Part shown: positions 29,578 to 40,600 of the stretch, in pieces | Position numbering within the stretch: position 1 is the first letter of the stretch | Layout of the letters: every line of letters starts with the position of its first letter | Virus record (IMG/VR): IMGVR_UViG_3300032246_001967 | Location: 32,001-96,000 of that record | Reading direction: 5' to 3' (one strand) | DNA length: 64,000 bases | Origin: a virus | Position numbers and translations under genes: made by a program | Notes under the pieces: model-generated | The model's database searches: none | Seen by the model: only the letters and a program-made list of their open reading frames with translations | What the model was told of the DNA's origin: nothing

Positions 29578-31281
29578 ATGGCATCAACTTTAATATCACC
29601 TGGCGTATTAGCTCTAGAAAACGACCAGTCATTTATCACCCAACAACCAGTAACTGTTGGAGCTGCGCTTATTGGTCCTACTGTTAAAGGTCCTGTTGAA
29701 GTTCCTACAATTGTTACTTCTTACAGTCAATATCAGAATATTTTTGGTACAACTTTTCAAAGTTCAAGCCAAGTTTACACTTATTTTACTTCAATTGCTG
29801 CTTACAATTACTTCAATAATGGTGGTGAAACATTATTAGTAGCTAGAGTAGTAACAGGATCGTTTACTCCTGCTGAATCAACTCCTATTTCTGCTTCTAA
29901 CTCATCTTCTGCTGCTTTTTCATTAGAAACTTTATCTAAAGGTGTTATTATGAATAGTAGTTCAAGTTTAGCAAGTGATGGTACTTTACCAAGTGGTTCA
30001 TCAGATAATATTAGATGGCAAATTGTTAACTCAAATACTTCATCAGGTACTTTCTCATTATTAATTAGACAAGGTAATGATTTAACAAATACTCCAGTTG
30101 TATTAGAAACATGGACTAACTTATCTATGGATCCATTCTCACCTAACTATATTTCAAAAGTAATTGGTGATTATGCTTTAAACTATAACTCATCTAATAA
30201 CCAAATCCAAGTATCTGGTTCTTATCCTAATAACTCAAAATATGTAAGAGTTAAAGCTGTTAATTTACCAACACCTTATTATTTTAAGAATGATGGTACA
30301 TTTAAAGCTGAATATACTAGTTCAATTCCTTTAAATTCAAGCGGTTCATTCCAAAACGCAACTGGTAACTTATTTAACGGAAAAGCTCAATATTATAATA
30401 CAATCACTGACGGTAACTTCTCACAAGGTATTGGTAGTGCTAGTTATGATAATATGATTAATTTGTTGTCTAACGCAGATGACTACAAATTCAATGTATT
30501 ATTAACTCCTGGTTTATTTAATTCATTACAAACTTCTCAAGTAACAAATATTATTTCAAACACTCAAAACAGAGGTGATAATATTTTTGTATTAGACTTA
30601 GTACCTTACGATTCAACAGTTTCAACAGTAACTACTCAAGCTGCAACTCGTAATACTTCGTACGCCGCTTCATACTGGCCTTGGTTACAAACTATTGATC
30701 CTGATACTGGAGCTAACGTTTGGGTACCTGCTTCAACTATGATTGGTGGTGTTTATGCTTATAATGATTCTGTAAGTGAACCTTGGTTTGCACCTGCGGG
30801 TATTAACAGAGGTGGATTAGGAAATGTAATTAGAGCAGAACAAAAATTATCTCAAGCAAACAGAGATACATTATATCAAGGTAAAGTTAACCCAATTGCT
30901 ACATTCCCAGGAACTGGAGTTGTAGTATATGGTCAGAAAACATTACAAACTCAAGCATCTGCTTTAGACAGAGTAAACGTAAGAAGATTATTAATTGCTT
31001 TAAAATCTTATATTTCTCAAGTAGCAAATAACTTAGTATTTGAACAAAACACTATCGCTACTCGTAATGCATTTTTAGCTCAAGTTAATCCATATTTAGC
31101 TTCTGTTCAACAAAAACAAGGTTTATATGCGTTTAAAGTAGTAATGGATGATTCAAACAATACAGCTGATGTAATTGATAGAAACCAATTAGTAGGTCAA
31201 ATTTATATTCAACCAACTAAGACTGCTGAATTTATTTACTTAGATTTCAACATCTTACCAACAGGAGTAACTTTTGATTAA
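29578..31281 (+). CDS. Tail sheath protein (gp18-like)
   Basis: SPGV..E.D.S, PWFAPAG..RG, VNPI, GQKTL, RVNVRRLL, PTKTAEFI. Confidence 0.97.
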   Translation: MASTLISPGVLALENDQSFITQQPVTVGAALIGPTVKGPVEVPTIVTSYSQYQNIFGTTFQSSSQVYTYFTSIAAYNYFNNGGETLLVARVVTGSFTPAESTPISASNSSSAAFSLETLSKGVIMNSSSSLASDGTLPSGSSDNIRWQIVNSNTSSGTFSLLIRQGNDLTNTPVVLETWTNLSMDPFSPNYISKVIGDYALNYNSSNNQIQVSGSYPNNSKYVRVKAVNLPTPYYFKNDGTFKAEYTSSIPLNSSGSFQNATGNLFNGKAQYYNTITDGNFSQGIGSASYDNMINLLSNADDYKFNVLLTPGLFNSLQTSQVTNIISNTQNRGDNIFVLDLVPYDSTVSTVTTQAATRNTSYAASYWPWLQTIDPDTGANVWVPASTMIGGVYAYNDSVSEPWFAPAGINRGGLGNVIRAEQKLSQANRDTLYQGKVNPIATFPGTGVVVYGQKTLQTQASALDRVNVRRLLIALKSYISQVANNLVFEQNTIATRNAFLAQVNPYLASVQQKQGLYAFKVVMDDSNNTADVIDRNQLVGQIYIQPTKTAEFIYLDFNILPTGVTFD

Positions 31282-31321
31282 TTTTTTAAAATTTAAATAT
31301 TTATAATAAACAATAAATAAA

Positions 31322-31810
31322 ATGGCAGTATTAAATCCGAACGAAATATTTTTCACCGCCTTCGAACCAAAACAGGCGAACCGCTTTATCATGTATATTG
31401 ATGGTATTCCTGCATATGAAATCAAAGGGGTAGGTGCTATAAGTTTAACTCAAGGTACAGTTCCGTTAAACCATATTAACGTACAACGTTACGTTAAAGG
31501 TGTAACCAAATGGAATCCTGTACAATTTACTTTATTCGATCCTATCACTCCTTCAGGTGCACAAGCTGTAATGGAATGGGTTCGTTTACATCACGAATCA
31601 GTAACAGGTAGAGATGGTTATAGTGATTTCTATAAGAAAGACTTAACTTTCGACGTATTAGGTCCTGTAGGTGATATCGTATCTGAATGGGTATTAAAAG
31701 GAGCCTTTATTACTGATGCTAACTTCGGTGATTATAACTGGGATACTGTTGATACTGCTGTTAATATCACTATGACAGTACAACCTGATTATTGTGTGTT
31801 AAACTTCTAA
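31322..31810 (+). CDS. Tail tube protein (gp19-like)
   Basis: FEPK..NRF, VMEW, YKKD..L.P.G....W.LKGAF; follows sheath. Confidence 0.9.
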   Translation: MAVLNPNEIFFTAFEPKQANRFIMYIDGIPAYEIKGVGAISLTQGTVPLNHINVQRYVKGVTKWNPVQFTLFDPITPSGAQAVMEWVRLHHESVTGRDGYSDFYKKDLTFDVLGPVGDIVSEWVLKGAFITDANFGDYNWDTVDTAVNITMTVQPDYCVLNF

Positions 31811-31830
31811 TTAATAAAAAGAAAATTAAG

Positions 31831-31859
31831 AAAGCTCGCAAGAAATTGCGGGCTTTTTT
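31831..31859 (+). terminator. Intrinsic terminator
   Basis: AAAGCTCGCAA-GAAA-TTGCGGGCTTT then T-run. Confidence 0.8.
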
Positions 31860-31901
31860 CATTTCTATATATTTATATAGGACAATAAAGTTATAAATAA
31901 C

Positions 31902-32642
31902 ATGAGCGAATTTAATTTCCCAACAGAGGTTATAGATTTACCTTCAAAAGGTTTAGTATATCCTGAAACATCTCCATTATCTTCTGGTAAACTTGAAATG
32001 AAGTATATGACCGCTAAAGAAGAAGACATTTTAACTAACCAATCTTACATTTCTAAAGGAGTAGTTTTTGATAAATTACTTCAGTCTTTAATTGTTGATA
32101 AAAACATTAAAGTAGATGATTTAATCACTGGTGATAAAAATGCTCTTTTGATTGCTGCTCGTATTTTAGGTTATGGTTCAGAATATAAATTTAACTATTT
32201 TGGTAAAGAACAAAGTATTGAATTAACAACCTTAGATAATAAAGAAATTGATGAAACTTTATTTACTAAAGGTAAAAATGAATTTTTCTATACATTACCT
32301 GCTTCTAAAGTAACATTAACTTTTAAATTATTAACAGGTAAAGATGAAAAAGCAATAGAATCAGAATTAGAAGGTATTAAAAAAATCAACAAAGACAACA
32401 TTCCAGAATTAACTACTCGTTTTAAACAAATGATTATAGCTATTGATGGTAATCCTGATAAAAAAGTAATTCGTGATTTTGTTGATAATGCTTTTTTAGC
32501 TAAAGATTCAAGAGAATTTAGAAAATACATTTCAGATTTCCAACCGGATATTGTTACTAAAACTACAATAGAAACAGAAGACGGTCTTGAGGAGGAGATC
32601 GATATACCTATTGGTCTTAGCTTTTTTTGGCCTGAGTCTTAA
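31902..32642 (+). CDS. Baseplate hub assembly/tail assembly chaperone (gp26-like)
   Basis: LPSKG, MTAKEEDIL, R..GYG; ends FFWP; between tube and tape measure. Confidence 0.75.
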   Translation: MSEFNFPTEVIDLPSKGLVYPETSPLSSGKLEMKYMTAKEEDILTNQSYISKGVVFDKLLQSLIVDKNIKVDDLITGDKNALLIAARILGYGSEYKFNYFGKEQSIELTTLDNKEIDETLFTKGKNEFFYTLPASKVTLTFKLLTGKDEKAIESELEGIKKINKDNIPELTTRFKQMIIAIDGNPDKKVIRDFVDNAFLAKDSREFRKYISDFQPDIVTKTTIETEDGLEEEIDIPIGLSFFWPES

Positions 32643-32916
32643 TAATGCTCCTGAAGTAAGAAAAGATTTATTCTTACAAATTCATGATATTTGTTTTTGG
32701 AGTCAAGGAGGTTATGATTTCAATACTGTTTATAATTTACCTATATGGATTAGAAAGTTTGTATTAGCACAGTTAAAATCTCATTATGACAAAACCAATA
32801 ATAATGATGAAGCTAATTATAATAAAACTATACAAGTTTTAAAACAACACAATCAAGAAAACCCATTACCTCCAAATCAAAAATTATTATATAAATCAGG
32901 GGCATCTAAAAAATGA
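32623..32916 (+). CDS. Frameshift extension of the tail chaperone (no Met start)
   Basis: Open +1 frame with no ATG, overlapping the T7 run at 32622-32628; Y.LPIWIRKF motif. Confidence 0.6.
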   Translation, partial: FFGLSLNNAPEVRKDLFLQIHDICFWSQGGYDFNTVYNLPIWIRKFVLAQLKSHYDKTNNNDEANYNKTIQVLKQHNQENPLPPNQKLLYKSGASKK

Positions 32917-32923
32917 TGCCCTT
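32898..32923 (+). terminator. Hairpin just before tape measure promoter
   Basis: AGGGGCATC-TAAAAAAT-GATGCCCTT; weak T tail. Confidence 0.45.
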
Positions 32924-32938
32924 AAATATTTATAATAT

Positions 32939-35428
32939 ATGGCCAAAGAGGATCCAAAAAAGCTGTTAAGAGAAGTAGGTGAAGAAGCACTTTCTATCCA
33001 AGAAAGTATTAATTCATTGTCTGGTGCTTTAAATAAAAATTTAAAAGAATTTAACAAAGTTACTGGAGATACTCAAAAGATATTTAATAATGCTTTAAAT
33101 ACAAGTACTAATTTAGGAAAACAATTATCCGAAATTAATGCTAATTCTTTAAAAAATTCAAAAGAAAGAAAATCTCTTGAAGATCAATTGATTAAAAGTG
33201 CTAAAGAAATAACATCTTTAGAAAGACAAAGAGATCAATTTATGAGAAAAGCCCAAACAGCAAGAGGGGCAGAACAAAAATCATTACTAAAAATAGCAGA
33301 ACTTTTAGGAGATGCTGTTATTTATTCTAAAGAACAAGTAGCAAATGCTGAAAGATTAAATAAAGTTTATGTTGATATAGAAAAAAATCTAGGTCTTACT
33401 GGTAAAATATTAGATGGTATTAATAAAATTCCTATTTTAAATAAATTTATTGATACTAAAAAAGCATTAGAAGCCGCTAATGAAGAAGCATCTAAACTTA
33501 CTGGTAATAGATGGAGTGTAATGAGTGCTGCTTTAAAATCTTTAGGTTCATCATTAAAGAAAAATTTAACTGATCCTTTAGTTTTAATAGGAGCAGCTGG
33601 TGGGTTATTATCTACTATAGTAAAATTATTTAATGAATTTGATAAACGAGCTATAGATATAGGTAGAAATTTTGGTACAACACCTGAAAATGCTAGAAAA
33701 ACTGCTCAAGAATTTAAAAGAATATCAGCAGATTCCGCTAATTTATTATCTACAACCACTAATTTAACTGAATCTTTTAATGATTTAAATTCTGTTGCTG
33801 GTACTTATGCTAATTTTACTCAAGAAACATTAGAAGCTTATAATGATTTAGTTAAAGGTGTAGGAATAAGTAAAGAAGCGGCTTTAGCACAATATAAAAT
33901 TTCAGTCTTACAAGGTAAAAACTTTAAAGATATAACGGTTCAAATAACAGGACAAGTAGCATTACAAAAATCTCAAAATAAAATTGCTTTAAGCGATAAA
34001 GAGATTATGGAGTCAATTGCTAAAACTACTGCTGTTCAAAGATTAAATATTAAAGGAGGAGCAGAAGGATTAGTAAGATCAGTTATTGAAGCTAAAAAAT
34101 TAGGAGCAGAATTTAACCAATTAGACGCGGCGGCAAGTAGTTTATTAAATTTTGAAGATTCTATTGGTGCTGAATTAGAAGCTGAGTTATTAACTGGACA
34201 AAATCTTAATTTAGAAAAAGCAAGAACTTATGCTTTAAATAATGATATAGCAGGATTAGCAAAAGAAATAACTAATCAAGGCATTACAGCTGAAAAATTC
34301 AGTAAAATGAATCGTATTCAGCAAGAATCTATTGCTAAATCATTAGGTTTCCAACGTGACGAATTTGGTCAGATGTTGGAAAACCAAGAAATGTTAAATG
34401 CTGCTAATAAATTAGGCGCTAAAGATGTAAATGACTTAGCAGCTCAATATGCTAAAGCAGCAGATAAAGAAGCATTTTTATCTAAACTTGGAGATGATAA
34501 ATTAAAATCTCAAGTACAAAATATTACTTTCCAAGAAAAATTAAATAATTTACTAGAAAAAGCAAAAGATATTTTTGTTACTCAATTAGAACCTTTATTT
34601 ACTAGTATATTAAACGGATTTGATAAATTTATTAAAAACGGAGGTATTAATAAGATAGCTGATATTGCTAAAGGCGTAGCTAATTCTTTTATGTCTATTG
34701 GTAAATTTTTAGTTGGTCCTGTAGGTAAAATATTAGGTGGTTTAGCTGCTTTTGGAGCTCTTAAAATGTTAGTAGGAGGTATTCCTGTTAGAGTGATAGG
34801 ATCAGGCCCAATGGGTGGTGGAGGAGGTAGTGGATTTATGAGTAATTTTTACAATGCAGGAACAGTAACCTCAAAATCAGGCCAAACATTTTCAGCAAAT
34901 TCACCTCAAGGAAAGATGATTATGAATATGAGTGGTCAAAAACCTGTAGGAAGAGGTTTAACAGGAATGGGTGCTGGTATGTTAGGATTAGGAGCAACAT
35001 TAGCCGGACAAGCAATAGGTGGTACAAGTGGAAATATATTATCAGCAACTGGACAAGGAGCAATGATGGGTTCTATGTTTGGACCAATGGGTGCTTTAGT
35101 TGGTGCAGGATTAGGACTAGCAGGATCGGGAATTTCAGCTTATTATGAACATCAAAATGCTTCATCGGCTGCAGCCTCTTATGCTAAAGATAAAGAAGGT
35201 CCCGCAGCTTCTAGAATTAGACAAAGAAGAGAAGCAATGGCTTCTACTAACGCTATGGATTCTTATTATGAATCTTTAACTGGACATAATGGGGGTGGTG
35301 AAGGAATTGAAAAAACAAATATGCTTTTAGAAAAATTAGTTTCTCAAACTGAAAAAGGAGGAGTAATTAATATTGATGGAAACAAAGCAGGTACTTATCA
35401 AGCTAGAGCTATTTATGGACAAGCTTAA
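32939..35428 (+). CDS. Tape measure protein
   Basis: Long helical Ala/Gly-rich protein with G-rich hydrophobic C-terminal part; canonical position. Confidence 0.85.
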   Translation: MAKEDPKKLLREVGEEALSIQESINSLSGALNKNLKEFNKVTGDTQKIFNNALNTSTNLGKQLSEINANSLKNSKERKSLEDQLIKSAKEITSLERQRDQFMRKAQTARGAEQKSLLKIAELLGDAVIYSKEQVANAERLNKVYVDIEKNLGLTGKILDGINKIPILNKFIDTKKALEAANEEASKLTGNRWSVMSAALKSLGSSLKKNLTDPLVLIGAAGGLLSTIVKLFNEFDKRAIDIGRNFGTTPENARKTAQEFKRISADSANLLSTTTNLTESFNDLNSVAGTYANFTQETLEAYNDLVKGVGISKEAALAQYKISVLQGKNFKDITVQITGQVALQKSQNKIALSDKEIMESIAKTTAVQRLNIKGGAEGLVRSVIEAKKLGAEFNQLDAAASSLLNFEDSIGAELEAELLTGQNLNLEKARTYALNNDIAGLAKEITNQGITAEKFSKMNRIQQESIAKSLGFQRDEFGQMLENQEMLNAANKLGAKDVNDLAAQYAKAADKEAFLSKLGDDKLKSQVQNITFQEKLNNLLEKAKDIFVTQLEPLFTSILNGFDKFIKNGGINKIADIAKGVANSFMSIGKFLVGPVGKILGGLAAFGALKMLVGGIPVRVIGSGPMGGGGGSGFMSNFYNAGTVTSKSGQTFSANSPQGKMIMNMSGQKPVGRGLTGMGAGMLGLGATLAGQAIGGTSGNILSATGQGAMMGSMFGPMGALVGAGLGLAGSGISAYYEHQNASSAAASYAKDKEGPAASRIRQRREAMASTNAMDSYYESLTGHNGGGEGIEKTNMLLEKLVSQTEKGGVINIDGNKAGTYQARAIYGQA

Positions 35429-35457
35429 TTTTAAAATATTTATAACAAAATAAGATT

Positions 35458-35730
35458 ATGGGAATTAAAGATTTATTAATAATTAACGGATCAAGTTTAA
35501 CAGCATATGATGGTAAAACACCACATATAAATCCTTTAGCTACAGGATATTCAATATTACATGCTGATGGAAACAAACCAGGATATTCTTTAAACGGATC
35601 TAATTTTAATAAGGTTAATTCTTACTATAATAGCTATTTAGACGGTGCTGTTAATAATTTACCTAGACCTTCACAATTAGATTTAGACGGAAAAACCCCA
35701 TCAAGATATTTAGATAATCTACCAGAATAA
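35458..35730 (+). CDS. Small tail/baseplate-region protein
   Basis: Late motif at 35437-35444; ends Y.DNLPE. Confidence 0.5.
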   Translation: MGIKDLLIINGSSLTAYDGKTPHINPLATGYSILHADGNKPGYSLNGSNFNKVNSYYNSYLDGAVNNLPRPSQLDLDGKTPSRYLDNLPE

Positions 35731-37367
35731 TGTCTTTAAAAAACCTATTAACAGATTTACAGTCTTATTATCAAGATTATACTTTTTCCCAAAAGTATCC
35801 TGCTAACTCTGAATATGCTACAAAACCACAAGCAATAGCAGAAGGTACTTTTGACCAAAAAAGTATACCTTACGGTTTTGATAGACCTGGAGGAGGTTGG
35901 AGTGGGCAACCTTTTATAACTGTACCTTTTAAAGATAGTTTTGGATTACCTTTAGAGGATATAGGAGGTGTTGGATTAAATAATGATTTATTTATTAGAG
36001 GTGGAGCATCAGTAGCTAAACATATTAAAGATGATGAAATAAGAATTGGTAAATTTTTAAAATCAACTCAAGGTGTATTATTTGCTGCTCAACAAAATTT
36101 ATTAATAAAATCTTCACCTGTAAATCTTCCATTAGATATATATCCTGTTGAAGTTTATAACCCTCTTAATACATTAACTCAAATAGCAGGAAATGCTTTT
36201 GGAAATCATACTAATAAATTAGGTTTAAACCCATTTTTATATGATTTACCTCATGGACAAGGACAAAATTCATATTTAGTTAAAACAAAAGATAAATATA
36301 ATAAAGATAATACAAACCGTTTAACTTTATTGTATCAATCTAAAATTCAACAAGTTAAAACATCTTCTAATGTAAAGGTGTCTAATGATTTTGGTATTAA
36401 ATTTAATGATGATGATTTTATTATTAATACTACTTTAGTAAATATTAATAGAGCCACAAACACTACTTTAACAAACCAAAAAATATTAAATTCTAATTAT
36501 CCAACTTCTAATTTTAGTACTTTTACTTCTAAAACTTTATCTAATACTAGTCCTAAGCAAAGTGGTCCTACTTATATAGCTACAAATACTGGCATTAAGG
36601 ATTTTAGAACAGCAGTTCCTGAATCAACTAAATTTACAAGTTTCTTAGCTAAAGGAAATTACTCTATCAATAACAGACAATCTACTTTTGGAATATCTGA
36701 TCCAGGACTTAAAAATAAAGACGTATCAGATATATCTTCTTTATCTTCAGGTACTCCTGATGATAAAATCAATATATCTTCAATATATAAAAGTTCTGTT
36801 GTGTCTTCATCATTATCTGATTCTGATTTAATACCTTTTTATTTTCAAGTAGTAAATAATGATGATCCTTCTCAATATGAATTTATTCATTTTAGAGCAT
36901 ATTTAGATAATTTTAATGATAATTTCACAGGAAACTGGCAGTCATTCAAATACTCAGGTAGAGGTGAAAATTTTTACATATATGATGGTTTTCAAAGAAA
37001 TATTAGTTTTGGATTTACTATAGCTATAGAATCAAGAGCAGAACAATCTCCTCAATACCAAAAAATAAATTACTTAGCTTCATTAACAGCTCCTGATTAT
37101 GCTCAAAATAGTGGGTTTATGAGAGGATGTTTTGTTAAAATGACTGTTGGGGATTATTTAATCCAAGTACCCGGATTTTTAACATCAGTTAATTATACTA
37201 TTGCTAATAATATACCTTGGGACATAGCTAGAGGAGTAAATGGTAAATTATTAACAAACGCTAAAATATTACCTACAGTTATTTCTGCTAATGTTAGCTT
37301 TACTCCTGTTCATAGTTTTGTACCTAAAAAAGGTGCTGATTTTATTTCAACTAATAATGCTGTATAA
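35730..37367 (+). CDS. Baseplate/tube initiator protein
   Basis: FRAYL..F.D....W....Y.GRGE.FY.Y..F.R.ISF.F motif. Confidence 0.65.
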   Translation: MSLKNLLTDLQSYYQDYTFSQKYPANSEYATKPQAIAEGTFDQKSIPYGFDRPGGGWSGQPFITVPFKDSFGLPLEDIGGVGLNNDLFIRGGASVAKHIKDDEIRIGKFLKSTQGVLFAAQQNLLIKSSPVNLPLDIYPVEVYNPLNTLTQIAGNAFGNHTNKLGLNPFLYDLPHGQGQNSYLVKTKDKYNKDNTNRLTLLYQSKIQQVKTSSNVKVSNDFGIKFNDDDFIINTTLVNINRATNTTLTNQKILNSNYPTSNFSTFTSKTLSNTSPKQSGPTYIATNTGIKDFRTAVPESTKFTSFLAKGNYSINNRQSTFGISDPGLKNKDVSDISSLSSGTPDDKINISSIYKSSVVSSSLSDSDLIPFYFQVVNNDDPSQYEFIHFRAYLDNFNDNFTGNWQSFKYSGRGENFYIYDGFQRNISFGFTIAIESRAEQSPQYQKINYLASLTAPDYAQNSGFMRGCFVKMTVGDYLIQVPGFLTSVNYTIANNIPWDIARGVNGKLLTNAKILPTVISANVSFTPVHSFVPKKGADFISTNNAV

Positions 37368-37678
37368 TGGAAAGATATATTAATACTACTGTAAACGTTA
37401 CTTCAAACCAATCAAGTATTATTACTTCTTATTTAGGAGTAAAATATCCTGAAATCCCTTATTCAGATACAGATATTTATGTTTATACTACTATAGGAGA
37501 TAGATTAGATAAATTATCTCAACAGTATTATAATTCAACAGAATATTATTGGGTAATAGCATCTGCTAATCCTGATGTAGGATTAAATTCATTATATATT
37601 CCTGAAGGAACTCAAATTAGAATCCCAATTAATTTAAATAATATAATTTTAAGTTTTAAACAATTAAATAATCAATAA
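37367..37678 (+). CDS. LysM-like baseplate protein
   Basis: GDRLD.LS..YY....YWVIA.AN...G..IRIP. Confidence 0.8.
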   Translation: MERYINTTVNVTSNQSSIITSYLGVKYPEIPYSDTDIYVYTTIGDRLDKLSQQYYNSTEYYWVIASANPDVGLNSLYIPEGTQIRIPINLNNIILSFKQLNNQ

Positions 37679-37679
37679 T

Positions 37680-40600
37680 ATGGCTAATATTATAGGAGAA
37701 GTTTTTGATGAATATGTTAAAAATCAAATAAATGAGCGACAATTTAATTTAGGATTAAATTTAGCAACAAATGATGATTCTTTAAACCAATGGAAGTTTA
37801 ATAACTCAGCATGGGTTAGAATGGTTTCATCAGTAGATATAAGCTCAGAAAAAGCTTCTGAATTAAAACTATCAGGTTATGAAGGTTCTAAATTAGCTAA
37901 AAATTTTATTTTATATAATGGTGTTTCTTCTGTAACAGGAAGTAATGATGATCTTTATTTTAATCCTTCAACTAATAACTCTGAATATTTTATTAATAAT
38001 AAAGATTTTTCAATAAAAAATTCTTATGGGTTTGGTGGTTTAAATCAAGGTATTAGACCTATGCCTGGTATTGACTCTGTAAAAGTAGGATACATTAATA
38101 GAGGTTTTTTAGCTCAAGTAGAAATTGAAATTACAGCTTTTAATAGAGAACAATTATATATTTTAGATGCTTTATTTATGCATCCAGGATATACTTTTTT
38201 ATTAGAATGGGGTCATACACGTTATATAGATAATAACTCAAAAGAAATTATTCATATTGACCCAACTAGTTTAATTACACCTGCTTTTTCAAAACTATTT
38301 CAAACTAAAAATATAAATTCATATGATATTCTTAATTCCATCAAAAACGAAAGAGAAGTAAGATCAGGAAATTATGATGGACAGTTTTTAGTAGTTAAAA
38401 AATTTAAATACACATATCAACCTAATGGTACTTATAAAATCTCTATTACTGGAGTAAACCAAGGTGATATTATAGAAAATTTAAAAATTAATACTGTTGA
38501 TGCTCAACGAGCTTCTTCAACAAGACAAAAAGCATTAGATAAACAAACAAGAGATAAAAAAATACAAGAATTAACTAATGAACTTAATCGTTTAAATGGT
38601 TACTTTGATAAAAATGGAGTTATAAATTCTGCAGGAAAATTAGCAGCAGCAGACGCAGCTAATAAAATAGCTCAAGAATTAACAAATACAGCCACTTCAG
38701 AACCAAATTTAAATCAACCATCTCCTAATAGATCTTTAAGGTTATATGATGAAAACCAGGTCCAAAGTGATAATTTAGGACGTAATTCATCTGCTGTAGC
38801 GAAACAAACTCAAGAAGCATCAATAGCTAACTATGTTTTAATTACTGAAACATGGAAAAAAAGACAATTAGAAATAGATTCTGAAATACAAAATTTAACT
38901 GGTGAAAATTTATTAGCAGATAATTTAGTTGAAAGATACGCTGGTAAATCTAAATTAAATAAACAATTATCTTTTTGGAGAGCAACTTGTAATAAAGAAA
39001 AAGAAAATCTTCCAGATGGGGTATATGGTATAAAAACTCAAAAATATCAACCCCCATCTCAAAATAACGAAAGTTCAGGAGGTGGAAAACAATACACAGA
39101 TTACTCTATGTATTATATTCGTTTAGGTTCTTTATTAAATTGGATTAAAAATAATTTGTTATTATATGATAAAACTATTTCTAATCCTTATGTAAATATT
39201 GATACTAATTATAATACAAATTTTTGTTTGCATTTTCCTAAACAAGTATCTGCTAATCCTAATATATGTGTTATACCTGTTAAAGATGGAAATATAGCTA
39301 GAAAAACGGTTAATGAAGTTAGTGCTTCAAATAGTACTTTACCTGTTGAATCTTCAACAATATCCTCTGTTAGTAATAGTTCTGATATTTTTTATGGTGC
39401 TCTTCCATCAGAATTTTCATTAGTTACTTCTCCTAGTTCAAGTAAAATTATAGATGAATCATTTTTACATAGTGCCCATGTTGGAAAATTAATGTATATT
39501 GATGTAAATTTAGATTTTATAGCAGCTACAGTTAATGATAATATTGATGAAGATGGAAACTTATCTTTAATATCTTTTTTAAAAGAATTATTAAAAGGTA
39601 TATCTGCTGCTTTAGGCTATATAAACAACTTTGAAGTAATATATGATAGAGAAAACAATCAAATAAAAATATTTGATAATAATGTTTTAAAATACTCAGA
39701 CCTAATTACTAAAACAGTTCAAATATCTGAATTTGTAGTTAACGGATTTGAAAATTTCAATTTAGGCGATTCAGCTAATCCACAGTATTCTTTATTTGGT
39801 AGTTTTATAGAATCAGTAGATTTTACTACTGAGTTAAGTAACAATTTTTCTAATATGGTAACAGTAGCTTCTCAAGCTGATACTAATGTATTAGGTATGG
39901 ACGTTACTGGATTCACTAGATTTAATAAAGGTTTAGAAGACAGAATTATTAAAACTAAACAAACTATTGAAGAAATTAATAACAACGGAAATGGTTTATC
40001 TGAAGAAGAATTAAGTAAATTATTAACTACTGCTAAAGAAATAGTTAATGAAATTTGGGGTTTATTTAATATAAGTGAAAGTGATATTGATATTCTTATG
40101 TCTTTAAATAGAGACATAGCTAATTTTTATGTAAACAAAGCAGCCAAAAAAGGAACTATTCCATCACCATTAGTTATTCCTTTTAATCTATCATTAAAAA
40201 TGATGGGTATTTCAGGAATGAGAATACTTGAAAGATTTAATGTTGATACTAAAATTCTTCCTCCTATGTTTGATAATAACAAGTATAATTTTATTGTTAA
40301 AGCCATAACTCATGAGATTGTCAATAATAAATGGAATACTATTTTAGAAAGTCAAGTTATTAACAAAGATAATTCTGGAGATAAAGATGAACCTATTTCT
40401 AACATTCAAAGAGAATCATTCCAAGCTAGAATAAATACAGGTAAATGTCCGTCTTGGGCACCTAAAAACGGTGGCACCCCAGTTCTATTAACACCTAACC
40501 AAATAATCTTATCATCATTGAAAGATTCTGGATATATTACTACTGCTGATTTTGATAGTTTTAAATCTTCAGCATCACCTGCAGTTAAGTTTGCTTCTAT

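Noticed and set aside
32589-32595. GAGGAGG as a frameshift-stimulating Shine-Dalgarno
   Set aside because: Too far (about 27 nt) from the U-run and explained by Glu codons.
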